The translations under genes and the position numbers were made by a program. This document shows, one piece after another, positions 15,001-30,000 of a stretch of DNA of 64,000 bases. Below the pieces are notes generated by a model. It worked only from the letters and a program-made list of their open reading frames with translations. It searched no databases and was not told where the DNA came from. Every line of letters starts with the position of its first letter. The first letter of the stretch is position 1. Source of the stretch: Styela clava (taxonomy: Eukaryota); assembly GCF_964204865.1 (NCBI RefSeq), contig NC_135255.1, positions 22,196,001 through 22,260,000 on the forward strand. The letters run 5' to 3'.

Positions 15001-18000
15001 GAGCAGAGAGCAGTTGTTTATTTGGTAGTGGGTTTGAACCTGATGAAATCCTTCCATCGATGCATAAAGTCCATAACTGCTTTATTACATTATGCCCAAT
15101 GTCAAATAAACATTACGTCCCTACTGTTGAAATTTGAGCAATTAAAATCCTGTCAATTTTTTAAATGACTCAAATTTATCATTATAATATCATTAAATAG
15201 CAAAATAAATAGCAGAAAATCAAAAGGTATTGGTCTGAAGTGAATGGATTAAAAAAAATGTTTTTGCATTGCTTAGTTTTAATCTATGCTTAATCGTTAT
15301 ACAATCCGTATTAATGCAGATTATGCTCCAGTGCTTCTCATATACATATTCATTGGTAGCCCCCATTGGTCTGTTACTCAAGCTTGATTGGGTGTTCAAC
15401 TCATAACCTTATAATCTCTAAGTGTGTGGTCAAGAAATACCGGATTATTCATACATAATTAGATGTGGGCTATAGAGGAATTATCTATAGCCTGATTATG
15501 TTTAAAATTCCTAAAATATAAAGACGCCTGTCCCTAGATGTCTATCATTCTTTTTACAGTACAGTAGTTCTGGGTATAACAACAATATTTCTGCTCTATA
15601 AGTAAACTACTATGAACACATAACCATACAAACTTAACTTAATCCAACATAATCTATAGGGCTTTAGATGTCCATTATCCATCCTTGTTCACTGTATAGT
15701 ATAGTCTGTCTATATATAACATGCGTCTTTCTTCCTTATAGACAAACTACTATATGAATATTTAACCTTACAAGCTGATCCAACATAATCTTCTAATAAT
15801 CAGACAATAGTTACGTCATTTATCATGTCGTCAGCATAAATACCTTAAACGAGGCATAACCGGCATTTAAACTTGTTAGTAAATTGATCCATGTGTAACT
15901 ATTTTGCTCTAGGGCATGGTTTGAGGTTACATATTGTGGCATTTAAATTTGGGTTTTAGAGAGTGTATACAATAAGCAGAAGCAATAGGTTGATTCAGCT
16001 TATCACAGAGTTATTATAATATACTAATTAGAGATTATGTTACTGTTTTTTATTTGTATATTCATTTGTTTTGATTGTGATTATGAATATATATCATTTT
16101 TCACATAGTCATAAGTTTTGGCTATTTTCAATTAAGCCGATTTTAGCAACCTCGTTTAGAAAGATGTAGAAAAATCAAAATTTAGGAATAAATGAGTTTT
16201 ATTCGATACATAATTGGAAGTACAATACAGATTTAATGAGTGTATTTAAGAAGGTTATTCTGATGAGTGACTGTCATTTGATACATAGGGTATTCCATGT
16301 GATATTTACAGAGAGATAGAGTAATTCTTAATATTATTTAGTACATCTGAGTGAAAAAATTAAAAATAATGGGATAATGGGTTCAAATTGATTTTGAATT
16401 GAAGTTTTAAAAATTATCATTTATAATAAGAGTTTACAATTTTTGACATTTATTAATATTAGCCTTTAATACATAATTTAGCTTTTTTAGTACCAAAATT
16501 TGACATAATTGCACATGACAATGGGATTTACACATGGGATGCTGTAAAAAAATAATAATTAACTACAAGTAGCAATTGTTACCAAACGGTTGTATAAATT
16601 TATGCTCTAAGACTTCTGTATACAAACGTTAGTTGAATAAGTAATTTAACCTTAACTTCCTGCTAAAGTTATAAATATTGTAACTATAATACTCACAGTT
16701 AGTTAGAAATCAGAATATATTACATAATTGTGAGACTATGCGATGGCCCGCCCTGTTCAGTAAATAGACCAATATCAGGAAATTCGACTAAAATTACAGA
16801 TGTATTGATTAGCTTCTGTTACTAATTCCAGTATTACTACAGGTACTATAAACAGTAATTTGTTAATTTAAGTGGAATATGGATGATTTTGAAGAATTAT
16901 TGTAGGATGGGTTGTATTGTAGGGCTCTGGTCAGTCCAGGATTTTGCTGTTGTAGATTAAATGGCGTACTAACCGGTGGTTACATTAAACATCCTACAAT
17001 GTCATATATCTTTAAAATGTTATTCATGTCACTCAAGCTTCCATACTATTCAGTAACTGAAAAGATTTGCTAAAAGACAATAATTAATTTTCGACTCATT
17101 TTCCTATTTGTATGATAATAGTTCATAGATGGATTCTAGATATAAATAACTATTTACTGATAATTAGAGATTTTCATATGCCATTAATTATAGCTTCATC
17201 TTAGAAGACAAATTGTATTCAATTGCAGACAAAAGTTAAACTGTTAATAAATTGTCAAATTACCTTTACAGCAAGTTTGGCCCTTGATTTTGATTTACCT
17301 TGTCTATTAATTTCATATTTGCTTTGTAACAATAACGCTATTTATTCTGTCATACTAGTTTCCTGGCAACATTCAAGAACCCCGCGCTTTGCATAAAATT
17401 ATTTATGAATTAGGTTGAAGTACAGATCATGACTGGCCAAACGTAATGCAGCTTGTGTCTTTGAATAAATATTTCAATATAATTGTTCAAGCTGAGACTT
17501 CAGTGTACATGTTTTTTCTATGAAACATACATGACATTGGATATTTTCAATTTGATATTGCGGAGATATTAGTTGCCAGATTTATAGTGTTTAATTAGCT
17601 CTTACCAAGCAATGATGTACTGAAGTGCTTTATTAAATAGGAATGTTTGTATAGAATGACATGGAATAAGTTATCGAGCTCAAGATGGAATAATACTTTA
17701 TTTTATAACTGGATGGGGACATTGCTAATATAGGCTAAACAACATGGCTAAAAATAGCTTTCTCATCCAGATACTTTATATGAATCTATTTGAAAACTTT
17801 ATAGGTAATATGCATGTGTAGGTACATTTGAATAAATAAAGGAATAAAGCTACGTTTATTTTTCATAATAAATTAATTTTTGTATTAATTGTTGCAAAAA
17901 TATTGTTGATTGATAGTTCAGATAATAATATAAGAAAAGGTTAATTGATACTGGAGAGGAGAGGAAAGCCCAGCTATAGGGCTAACTATAACTTCCCAAC

Positions 18001-21000
18001 AAACTACTAGGTTCGAGGTTATTTATTTCATATTATAAATAATTCAATAATTCTATTTTAAGTAATGCAGAGCCTTGTTTTGTTCAAAAAATATAAAGTA
18101 TTACATAAAAGAGGGCACGTTTTAAGGTTACACTTTGTGGAATTTAAATGTGGATTTCGAGAGTGCATACAATAAGCAGATTCATCTTATCACAGAGTTA
18201 TTGTTATATAGTGATTGGAGATATTTTTAATGTTTTTTCATATTCATTTGTTGTTGAGTATGAATATAATTATATATATTTTTCACATAGTCATTAGTTT
18301 TTGCTAGTTTCAATTCAAATCATATCTAGCAACCTCGTTTAAAAAAAAAGATTATTCAAATCTGATTTCCAGATTTTTACCAACCCTAGTTCTTGTTGAG
18401 CCATCCAAACTGCTTGTATCATTTGTCCTATTTATGGGGAGTGATTCACTTTTTTTTTCTTCCTAAAATTGCATTTATGTTTTACAGAGCCAAGGAATTC
18501 CAGAAAATAGTTCAGGAATTTCAGAAAATAAAGATGTCTGAAAATGAACTTCGAAAATTGGTGGAAAAACTGCATCAACTTAAAAGGAATAATTTGAATA
18601 AAATGAAAGACAGAATGACTGACATTGAAAATGAAACAGCGAAAATGGAGAAGTCATTACCTGAATTGAGTGAAAGATTACATAAGGTTAATTGCTATTA
18701 GATATCAATATTTAATTCTATTTACTTAGTGAAATGGTTATATTTAGAAATTACATGGCCGTGATTGAATCGTGAAACTCATGTGGGCATCGTGGTGACC
18801 GTACATTTGAACCCATGTGTATATCCGCGGGTTCAATCTATATGCGGGTGCTAAAACCCATGGGTTAGGGTTAGTATGGGTTAAATTATCCGTTAAACAA
18901 AAAAAAAATCCATATGTGCAATAGTATGCAGGTGCAATTGTTGTGGGTTCAAATGTACGTGGGTTCAAATGTAATGGAACCGGGCATCGGAGGTAAAAAT
19001 CTCTGGTTTCAATATTATGCCCACCACCTTATCCAGGGTGTAAAAATTGTGTAGGTGATATCAAATAGAAAGATTCCAGTCCAGATTCAGGTTAAAAGCC
19101 ATTTAAAAATGTTGAAGATATATATATATACAATACTAGGGGGGCATATAAATATTCTATATTCATCCAAAAGAAAATGTGGAGCAATAATTTTACCTTT
19201 CTTGCATATGCTTTAGTCATCTGTTAAAGTTTGATACCATTTAATTTTGTTAAATACACAATATATGCATGTGTCATAGTATTAAACTTCCAATCAGTCA
19301 TGACAAGACTTTTGCAAGGGGTTCCTATTGTTGTGTGCACAATTATCAAATTCTACAAATTCTGTGGTTACCCAACTCAACTATTTAATATTTTTTCAGG
19401 CTCAAGTCAATCTGCTTCCAGTTCAACAAGCTATTTCACAAATGGTTTCCTGGGTTGAACAAACAAATGCATCACTAGATGTAATGAAAAGAGATTCTTA
19501 TGAAACAACTGGCTCACAGGCTGTACAAGACCATCTTGCATCCTACAAGGTACTTTCTAACTTGTAATAATTTGGATATTAAAGTAAGTATGAAGACTAC
19601 TCTAACCATTACACCACAGTCAATTTGAATCATTGAATTTATGTGCAGGGAACTGCACCATTGATTATTTATCACCCCGATCAGTTGCTTTATTGGTTAG
19701 GTAAACCCATAGTCAACCTGAATTGGTATCCTGAGGGCAAAGGAAGGTCGATAAGTCGACTTAATTCCATGGTGAACCACGACCTTTCGTCCAGTTACCA
19801 GTCCATGTTGGGAATGGGATTAGTTTAACTGAACTGTTATTTGTTTTCGAAAGCACGGACTTGATGGTGGAAGATGCTGTAGCCCAAGGCTACTCAACTA
19901 TTTTCACTGAAGATCCACATACAAAACTTTAAAATTATTTAGGTCTTTACAGAAATTATATTTCGGCATCCTTAAACGCACACTTCCTCGTCCGGCTAAT
20001 GATTATTAGCTAATCAAGATTGTTTATTATGGTGTTATAGTTCTTTTCATATATATTCAAAACTATAAAAGTCATTTTATAGAAGTGAACTACAAAAGTG
20101 GGGCTAATGATCCAAAATAAAGAATTAAGTACGGTCCGAATCAAATACTCGAAAGGTCTGGATTTGGACCGCGGCCCGCCAGTTGAGTAGCCCTGCTGTA
20201 GCCGACCAGCTGTTACATGAACCACCCTACGGCAGCGAAGAGTCCAGCAATCCTCTCACCCATAACTATCCCCACATCAGTATTTAACACAGGGTAATCA
20301 GAGGTGCATTGGAGAGTGTATTCCTAATTCTTAGCACGATGCACCACTACATAAAAAGACTTGGACTCGTACTGAACTGAGCGACTCCACACTCAGATGG
20401 CCCATTACTTGACTTGACCCGGGATATAAGGATTTCTACTTAACACTGATAATTTTATGTTCACAGGCTTATCATATGGAGATCAGAGTCAAACAAGTCA
20501 CTATCGATTTTATAAATAAATCTTCAGCATCTGCTGATCCATTTTCTCCAAGACAAAGTGAAGTTGAATTTGCTGATAAACTGGGACATATGAACATGGA
20601 ATGGGAAATACTGAAAGCTCGGGTGAGAAATCATAGTCTGGGTTATTTTATGTTGCATTACATATTTTTTTTCAATTTCATTTTTAAAAATTTTTTAAGG
20701 GGAAGTTTGTCGATATGTTATGAATAAATGATTATTAATTCCCATACTAACCTGGCCACGGTTCTCTTTATGATTATTGAATTTACGTCATATCTGTCAA
20801 CATCCTTATTTAGGTACAATACAAATCCACTTAAATTAGAAATCTCTAATTTCCCTTTTGTGTTTATTGTTAAACAAAGCAAAAATGAATTTTTTTAGGT
20901 ACCAGTCACAAAGTACCTCACAAATTACTTTTTCAATCATTCAAATTTATTTTAACTCAGGTTGACAACTGTATAAGCCAACTAGAACCCGAATTAGTGA

Positions 21001-24000
21001 AATGGACAGAACATGAAAAAGCAATAAATAAAATACAACACTGGATTGATGATCATTTGGAGGTGATACTTTTTTTTATTACATTTGCAATCTTTGTAAT
21101 TTGAGACGACTAAAGACTGCGGTAATTTATCTTATTTTAAAAATATAATATCTCAAGTCCTGGCAACTTTACTTAATTCATATGCTTATGTTTATCTTGT
21201 GTATTGTAATAGTATTGTATCATGGCCAAATTCAAAGTTAACCATTATTCATTTATCAGAATCTTCACAAGCCCTAATTTAAAATAATAATTTTCATTAT
21301 TACTATACGTGCAGTTTGCATTTTTCTATATTGTGTTCAATTTTCTGTGAGCATTTAGGGAATTTTATTTCACACTAATTTTTAGACATGTCAACAAAAC
21401 TCAGAACCCGGTAATAAATCTCAAATTCAAAGAGCGCTGTTGAAACTCCAGGGTTTGGAACCAAAATTAAAAAAGAAATATTCAGAAATCAGAAGATTGG
21501 AAAAAGATTATAAAGGTGTTTATTAATTTTACTAAATGACTTATATTTTTCTTCTTTATATTCCAATGTATGCCACCCGTATGTGTATTATACAAAGTTT
21601 GCTCAAAATGGGTGTCCTAGTGTCTTTATGTGGACCAAGTTAGTCTCACACATTGGGTCAATTAGCTATTACAGTATTATGAAAACCTTGTGAGTATGAT
21701 TGAAATTTGTTGCAATAAACAAAGTGCCAGACAAGCAGGAGTTTCTGCATCTTATTACTTTGGCTAAATTATCTGACATAACTCAGTCATCTCTGAATTA
21801 ATTAAATTAATGAATGAAAATGGATGAAAGCATTATTATGTTTTGTTTATGATAAATACAAAATTGAAAATGAAAGAGGCCGAAGGGCTGGAAGTTTCCA
21901 AGATTTCAACTCTTAATCTCTAACAAATAATGCAAATCATTTTTTCAGATCTTGTTGCAACCAAGAACAACAAATTCAGAGCAGAATCACCTGAGCCAGG
22001 GGTCGGCAGTTCAAATCTAGCTCGACTCAATCAAACATGGGTGATTTTAGAACACCATCTCAATCAACAGAAAAGAAATCTAAAAAAAGCTATGGAAGTT
22101 TGGGAAAGGTCAGTAATATACTAAATGTAACATACCGTGTTTTCTTAAAAATAAAACTAGGGCCTATTTTGGGGGGAAGTGTTTTATTTTCATTATCATT
22201 TATTTCATTTTTGTTCAAAATAACGGCCAAACATAGCATTTAAAACGAGTAGGTAAGATTTTTTGCTATCAGCTACGTCAAAAAAAAATTTTTGGGCTAT
22301 CGACTAGGTCTTATTTTTGAGAGAAACATGATATGTTTATTCTGTAAAGCTTTTTATGTTGATGTTACACATGTAAAGATATAAAAAATATGAAATAACA
22401 AAATGATGATGTGATTTCAATTCATTTAAAAGAAGTAGATATTAATTGGATAAACTTTATACTCATTGCTAATATATATTATTCTAATAAGCTTACGATG
22501 TTGACTACTCTTTTTACTTTTAATTGTTTATTACCTTGGGCCAAGTACTTTTAGAGTACAATAATCCGCGCATGTTCACTAAACGCTGTAAGTACTTCTA
22601 GTTGGCGTGACACAGACGTTTTTGCATATGTTATTCTTAACCCCCAACTAACTACGTCATCCAAAAATTACGTCACTACGACATCACAATCACGTCATAG
22701 AGCTCGCTAAAGAAAAGCTACGATTGCCAAAAATGGCAACTCTGCCAACGATAACGAACTCGCTAACGCCAGCGATCTCTCTCATAATCAGTATTGTCAC
22801 GACGAGAAAACGAGAGAAAAGCTTTCTTGATTTCGGGTGATCGTCTGCGCGTTTTGGACGACAATCCGTCTACTTTAACAGGCCTTATTCCGTCACAGTG
22901 ACATTGTGATTAACTAATTTTTAGATGGCATAGTCAGGTGGGGGCTAGAAATGAAATATGGCACCACAACTAGAAGTACTTGACAGTGATGGTGAACTAG
23001 CCCCCAATAATCTGGGTTAAACACAACTAACTAACTAATTCCTTGTTCCTAAATGTGCCATTAATTAGCTTTATTAGATAGATTGTAAGGTATGAAGCCA
23101 TCATTATTGTATTTCAGATTCAATTCTGTTGAGAATGTCACAACCAAACAACTTGATTCCATAGAACATTCATTACTTCAATGCTCTAAAGCTCATGCAT
23201 CTATGGAAGCCGTCGCAGCACAACTTTCCAAGCTTGAAGGTAATCACTTTTGTTGTCTCTCATTTTGATTTCTCATATTTATCTCAGGATTAAGAATTTC
23301 ATCCTGGGGGAGAGGAAAGTCAATGCTATGTCCTAATTATATTCCAACCCTTCAGGCAAAGTATTAGCATAGCTATCCAGACAATAGTTCCAGATACATA
23401 AGTCTGGCAAAGCTGTAATCAACCAACAATTATGTGAACCACTATAGCGATAACTGGGAGTTCAGCAATAGCATAAAATCTTTTCTTATGGGGTACTCAA
23501 GAAAATGTGTACTAAACCGCACAAAGTCAAATTGAAATAACAGCTTCCAAGTGTATAGACAGATATAGTGTAGAAGCCCTAATAGGGCGACAGTTACATG
23601 TTCTGTGATAAAAGTAAATAAAAAACTGTTTTCAATAAGAAGCCTTGTCATTATGGACACAAATGTGAGTGTGTTCCCACATGATAGTCCTTTAGTATCA
23701 ATTATGCATTTTAATGATATATTCTGTAATATATGTCCTCTTCACAGAACTTCAACATGAACTCAGACGACACAGTCTTCAACAACAACTATTTCAAGTT
23801 GAATCAAGCAGTCTCATTGCAATTTGTGATGTCATAACAGCAGATGATGTCAGAGGAAAAATCAACTCATTGGATGCAAGGTACAACGCAATATGTTCAC
23901 TGAGTCATACCTCTCTATGAATTTTGATGGCATTTTTCCTATTTATTCCCTTTATATTTTATTATATAAGTTAATGGGTCAGTCATTAACTGTCAGATTG

Positions 24001-27000
24001 CCAGTTTAATTTGTGTTGTGAAAAGATAGCGAGTTAGGGTGGTCAATGGTTATATTTAGAATACCTCAACATCTATTAATGATAACATTTTAGCATTTAT
24101 TGTTCTATTTTTTTTTTTTCTGTTAGACCAGTATTATATTCAATTAAAGAGTCCAGCTGCACACTAACACAAATGTATTTCTGTAACGTTTAACGATTGT
24201 TGTAAACTGCTTGTCTGAGGAAGTCTGACTCTGGTCGGACGAAACGTTACAGAAATACATTTGTGTTAGTGTGCAGCTGGACTCTTTAATTGAATAGAAT
24301 AGTCATGTTAGTATCCTTGCAGTATACGCATACGGATCCACTAGCATAAAGGCATAGAGAAAAGATAGAAAGTTAGTCTCGCGCAACCCAACTCAAATTT
24401 AGACTAGTAATAATTACCATTAAATTTGATCGCGCATGGTTCCACTCAAATGCCCTTTAATATCTCACTTTACATTCTGTACTTGTAAAATGTATATTTG
24501 TTATTGTAGAAAAATAACCTACCGGTACTATACTATGATAATGTCTATAATTAACCTAGTACCATCCCTAGTCATCGAAGCTTATATATGCTTCCCATAC
24601 ACATCTTAGATTACTCGATTTCTTTCTCAGCTTTAGTACAAGTATAAGTTTATTTTGACTCCGTAATCGGCATACAATAAAATGATTTATAAAAACAGAT
24701 AAATAAAAACTGATTATGAAATCAGGAGAGCGAAATCTCAGATAAAGTTCAAAAAGGTTTTATATTTACAGAATATGAGATGAAAGGTTTTGCCAAGAAG
24801 AAAGTGGTGCATGTTCACACACCTAAAATTATTGAATCATTTCACACATGGTCACACGCACCCACACACGACCACAGAGAAATTAGTAAAAAAAACACGA
24901 TAAACTTATAGTAAACAAAAAATAATAAAAAAATAAACAAAAAACTATTAGCCACACCATTGTAATAATTTTGTAATAGTTGCCACTGGCAAATTAATCG
25001 ATTTTTCTAATCAGGAGTGGACAGTAGTTCATTGGTTTCAATTAACTATTCTTCAATTTTCAGATGGAATGAGCTATCTGCATCTGTTGACGAACTTTTT
25101 TCAAAATATAAGAAAAGTTTAGAAGTTTGGTCAGAATATGAAAACCAATACCAACAAGCTGAAAATAAGTTGTACACTGTAAAATCACAATCAGATTCTA
25201 TTATGACATCACAAACCATGCTGGAAGATCCTCAACAATGTGAAATGAAAGCTCAGGTTTGAATTGAGATTTTTATATTACGAAAAATTTGACTATTTTT
25301 TTACAAATTAATGATTTTAAGTACGGAGTTTGTATAATCATTCGTTGATTTTCTCTGAAAAATCTTAAGTGTCAAACGTTAGCAACTTCGAATCCTGCTG
25401 AGGCTGTGGACTTCTCATTACCAGAGGTCGGTTTTGGTAACTCCCTGACCATCTCTGATTTGTACACTCTGCTGCTATAGGAGTCCATTATATGGAAGTG
25501 CCAAACTATCTGAATATGAATACTCAGATCGCCTGCTTAGACTGATAAGTGGACTAAGTTCATATTTCATTATGTGATCTCTTATTGGATTTCCATTTTT
25601 CAAGAAAAATATGAAATTTCTTATTCTATCTTAATTACCCAATTTTCTATTACTAAAACTTTTACAATTGATTTTAATTCAGGAGCTTTTGCACAGCTGC
25701 TCAGAGCTTGAAACATCTATCGCAGAGTTGTCAACATTTGGTGATGAAATTGGTCAACTGATGACTTCGTCATCAGCTGTTCATATCAATGGACAAAATA
25801 CTAGGTTTGTGTGAATTTTTTGCAAGTTCTGCTGTGTGATGTTTTAAATTTGTTTGAAATCTAGTCTCTTGACAAGCAGGTGAGAAAGAGTCTTCTCAAT
25901 TTAGAATTGCCTACCAAATTCGATATATTTAGTATAGGTGTCTGGTCAAGTAGTTCCGACATTGCAGCTTAGATATTCTAGTTTTTTGTCCGCCTGTTTA
26001 AAGTAGTACATGATATACATTATACATGATATATCTGCACTTCAAATCCTATTTGCTTTATGACTAAATAAGTGATTACTTATATAGATTCCAGAATGAG
26101 TTGTTGAGTGCCTTGTAGAAGTAGGGCAACAATTAGAACTTAATTGAGGATTAAAATGGGAATCCCATACTCACATTGAAACTTTTTATACTTTTAGGAT
26201 CGAACAAGCACTGACAGACACAAATCATCATTTACAAAACACAATTCACCATTTGAAGAATGAAAAATCAAAGATTATGGATTTCAAAGAAAAATATGGA
26301 TTTCTTGAAACCTGGTTGAATGAGGCTGAATCTGCTGTAGAACAGAACGACACATCCATTGATGAAAAAGTTATTCAGGTTTGATTGTTTTAGTATTTTG
26401 GTTGGGCAATTGAGGCATCATGTACTGAATTATGTGAGTTTCCTGATTAAAGTTCCATGAAAACTGAATAGTCAAAAAGATGTGTACTGAACACCTTTTA
26501 CTTCATAGGAAGTTTCATGCAAACAAATGTCAGTCACTAAATGTTGGTCATGGATGACGAGGTCAAGCATACCAAAAATTAAATAGTTGGCAATCCTTCT
26601 CAGCAATTTCTTCCTGAAAATCGATCTAATGAGTGCTTAATCTTTATCATACTTTTTAAACCAGCAAATGCTAAATTGGTATCATAAGCAAGTGTTTTTA
26701 AAAATATAAAAACCAACAAACATTTTGGTATCCCTCAAAGAAACAAAATCGACTTAAGCTTGGGTTATGTTCCACAGCCACAAGTTTAAAAACAAAGTGT
26801 TATGCTGAAAAGTAATTTTGGATCTCAGGGTTGTTAGCTTTTTTATCCATCAAGAATGAAAACATTTTCATAATTATTTTGGAATCCATAAAAACAAATT
26901 CTTCTGCTGAGTATGCATTATATTATAAATATGTGTGCCTGTATAACTATGTTCATTTAAAGTGATTGGCTACTTTGCTGCTTTCATACCTGACTTTGAT

Positions 27001-30000
27001 TAGACCGTAACTTGTCATATTTTTATCTGTGTTTTGTCGTTTTTCCTACCTCCAATCCAATCAATCCTTAAATTGTTTTTTAGTCTCGTATGGAAGAACT
27101 CAAGATTCAACTCCAAGCCTTCAAGACATATTCAACCTTACTTGATGAGTTAAACTCTCTTGGATATCAACTACCTTTGCAAGATGTTCATGTAACCAAA
27201 CTGCAACATCTCAACGCAAGATGGAATGAAATATCAAAGAAAACTGCTGAAATGTAAGTAGAAAATCCACTCAATTACATTTTATTTAACATCCACCACC
27301 AACAAGATCTTTAAATAGAACTTTGTGCTGATTATTAATTTCAGTATCTGACTCAGTCTAGTTTGGTTTACCACCTATTTGTTATTGTTTTCTTTTTAAT
27401 AAGCATGAATATGTAATATTGTAGTAATTTGCTTGAAGGAAAGCTTCTTGTATGTTTATGATAAATCAAAAACATTGAACACCTTTATCGAAGGAATCAG
27501 TAACTGGCATGCAGTAAGTGCAATAATGTGACAGTTAATATTCTTATAAGATTGAAGGTGTAGAGCAATGATTCCCAACCTTTTATGACTTGTGGCCCCC
27601 TTGCAGAGGCTTTCAGCACTCATACCCCCTACACATCATCTCAGTGAAATTTATAGTGTTATTTTGATTGCTAGATTTAAAATCCCATAATGTTTAAAAT
27701 ATTCATGCTTAAAAAGTAAACACCCTGTTAAAAAACCTCAAGCACAGAAACTTGGAAGAATGGGCATCGTGTCCCCCTCTGACAGCTCTGTAACCCCGGT
27801 TGCAAACCGCTGGTGTAGAGCAATGCAATGGCAAATGTGTTTTCAAAGCTTAGAACCATGCATTAGCCTTCATCTAACTACTCATCTTCATACTCAATAT
27901 TTTTCAAGGTTCCAACATCTGCAGTCTCTGCATTTACGGCATCTCAACTTCACTGAGAAATGCGAATCATGGATGCTGTTTATTGCACAAATGGAATCCA
28001 GCCTGACAAATGATGTTGCTTCTACTTATGAAGGATTATTGGAGCAGTCAAGGTAATATTTTAGGATCGAATAGGATTTGAATAATTATCTCAGTGTAGA
28101 GGGAAGCCGCATAAGGCAAACCATAGGCTCATGTCAGATTACCAGTCCATATTGGGTATGGGACTAGTTAGCCAGTTATTGTTTTAGATGCATGGACTTG
28201 ATGCTGGATAAAGCAGTAACCGACCAGTGCTTCTTTATCTTAGTCAACAGCAGGAGTAAATTACTCAAGTTTTGATGTTTTTTAATGAGACTTTGCTCTA
28301 AGCTCAAGAATGAGAAACAAAAATGAGATACCGGAAGCTGCTGTTAAACTGTGCGTAAAAGGGGTGTCATAGGCGCCAAAACTATTATTTAGCGAGAGAC
28401 TTGAGGCAGTTCAATTCAAACTGCTCAATAGTAAGAATGTGTACATAGTGCCCATATCACATAATCATGACATTTATTGATAGACCATGCTTGACAAGTT
28501 AATGATTTACTTAAACATTGCACCTGCAATTACAAAACATTTTTGTAATTGTATTAGGTTGTAACAGACGCTGATGACCCGAAACGATTGTCATTATCAC
28601 CCAGTCAATTACTTATTTCCTATTTACTTTATTCCTTATCATTCCATATCAATATCATCCATGTATTTCAAGTATATATAAATAAAATTCGTTCACAAAC
28701 CTTCAAAACATTTATCCTTTTTTTAGAACACTTGAATTATTCACTATCGAAATGATGGGACGCCAACTAATACTTCAAGCAATCATCTCAGATGGAGAAA
28801 AATTATTAGAAAATGGATCTGATGAAGAAAGGTGAAAATCATAATTGCAATAACTTTTTTCATAAGTAACAGTTGATGCAGCGAATTATTTTATTCTCAT
28901 TTTGTGCTGTATAAATGTGTGTGTTCTCCATTGAATTATACCTCCAAAAGCTAGCGCTATTTTTATAATGGGCATTATATAACCTTTTTTATAAATATAT
29001 TTATTAGGAAATGCATTTATATCTACCGGTATTTCTAATTTCAGAAGTGAATTCAAAACCAAACTTGATGAACTGAGTAGTCAATGGCAGATGGTAATGA
29101 AGAGAATGCAACAAAGAAAATTCACAATAGATGAAGGAATTAAGTTGTGGGTTTCCTACAATCAACAAAAACATCGGTTTGTTTCGTGGATGGAGTCGGC
29201 AAAAAAACAGATTCGAGAGTTGGATTGTGAGAAACGTATACATCAAACTGTTCATGGAATGAAAAGCGACTTAGAGAAATTAAATGTGAGATTATTCAAG
29301 GGATTTTTATTCTTTCTCTCTGAGCAGGACTCTGGATGATCAGTTATGGATATCTAAAGCTCTACAATATTTTTACACATAACATGAGAAAATATTCTAA
29401 CCAAGGTTTTAATCTACTATTTCAACTAACTAGTTAGGCTTGACCTTTTGACCATGGGGTCATTGTATCCTAATTACTTAAGACAGATTATGTATTATTT
29501 TCTTATGAATAATTCAAGGGCTGAAGATGTTCATTTTATCTAAAATGTTACCTTACTCCCCAGCGAGCATACTATTATATTTGGCCGGCCATTCTCAGTA
29601 TATGTATCTATATACCTGAACCATATGTCAAGTACTTGTCTGCTTATGAGGATGACTAGGGTCAAATTTCTGAGTGTTTCATGTCACTTCGGGTTAGTTT
29701 TGCTCTCCTTCTTCATCCAAGTCTGTCTATTCTGAACCAGAAGCTCATACCTAGTAATGTAATTAAATTACTTTATCATTTTTCTCTCCATCTAAATAAA
29801 CATGAAAACAACCCCAAACGATACAATAAGTAATATTTTTAATATAATGCTTGACTTGTTTATCACAGGCTCTGGAGAAATCAGCTTCTTTGAATGAAGT
29901 TCAATGCAGTTCTACATTGGAAGCAGGCAAAGATGTTGTTCCAATTACTCATGACTTCAGCACAACTGATCTAAAGAAAGAGCTCTCTTCTCTACATAAT

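Noticed and set aside
28571-28592. CTGATGA-CCC-GAAAC-GATT-GTC hammerhead-like core
   Set aside because: Only 3 nt lie where stem II must form and there is no stem I pairing; chance match or dead remnant.
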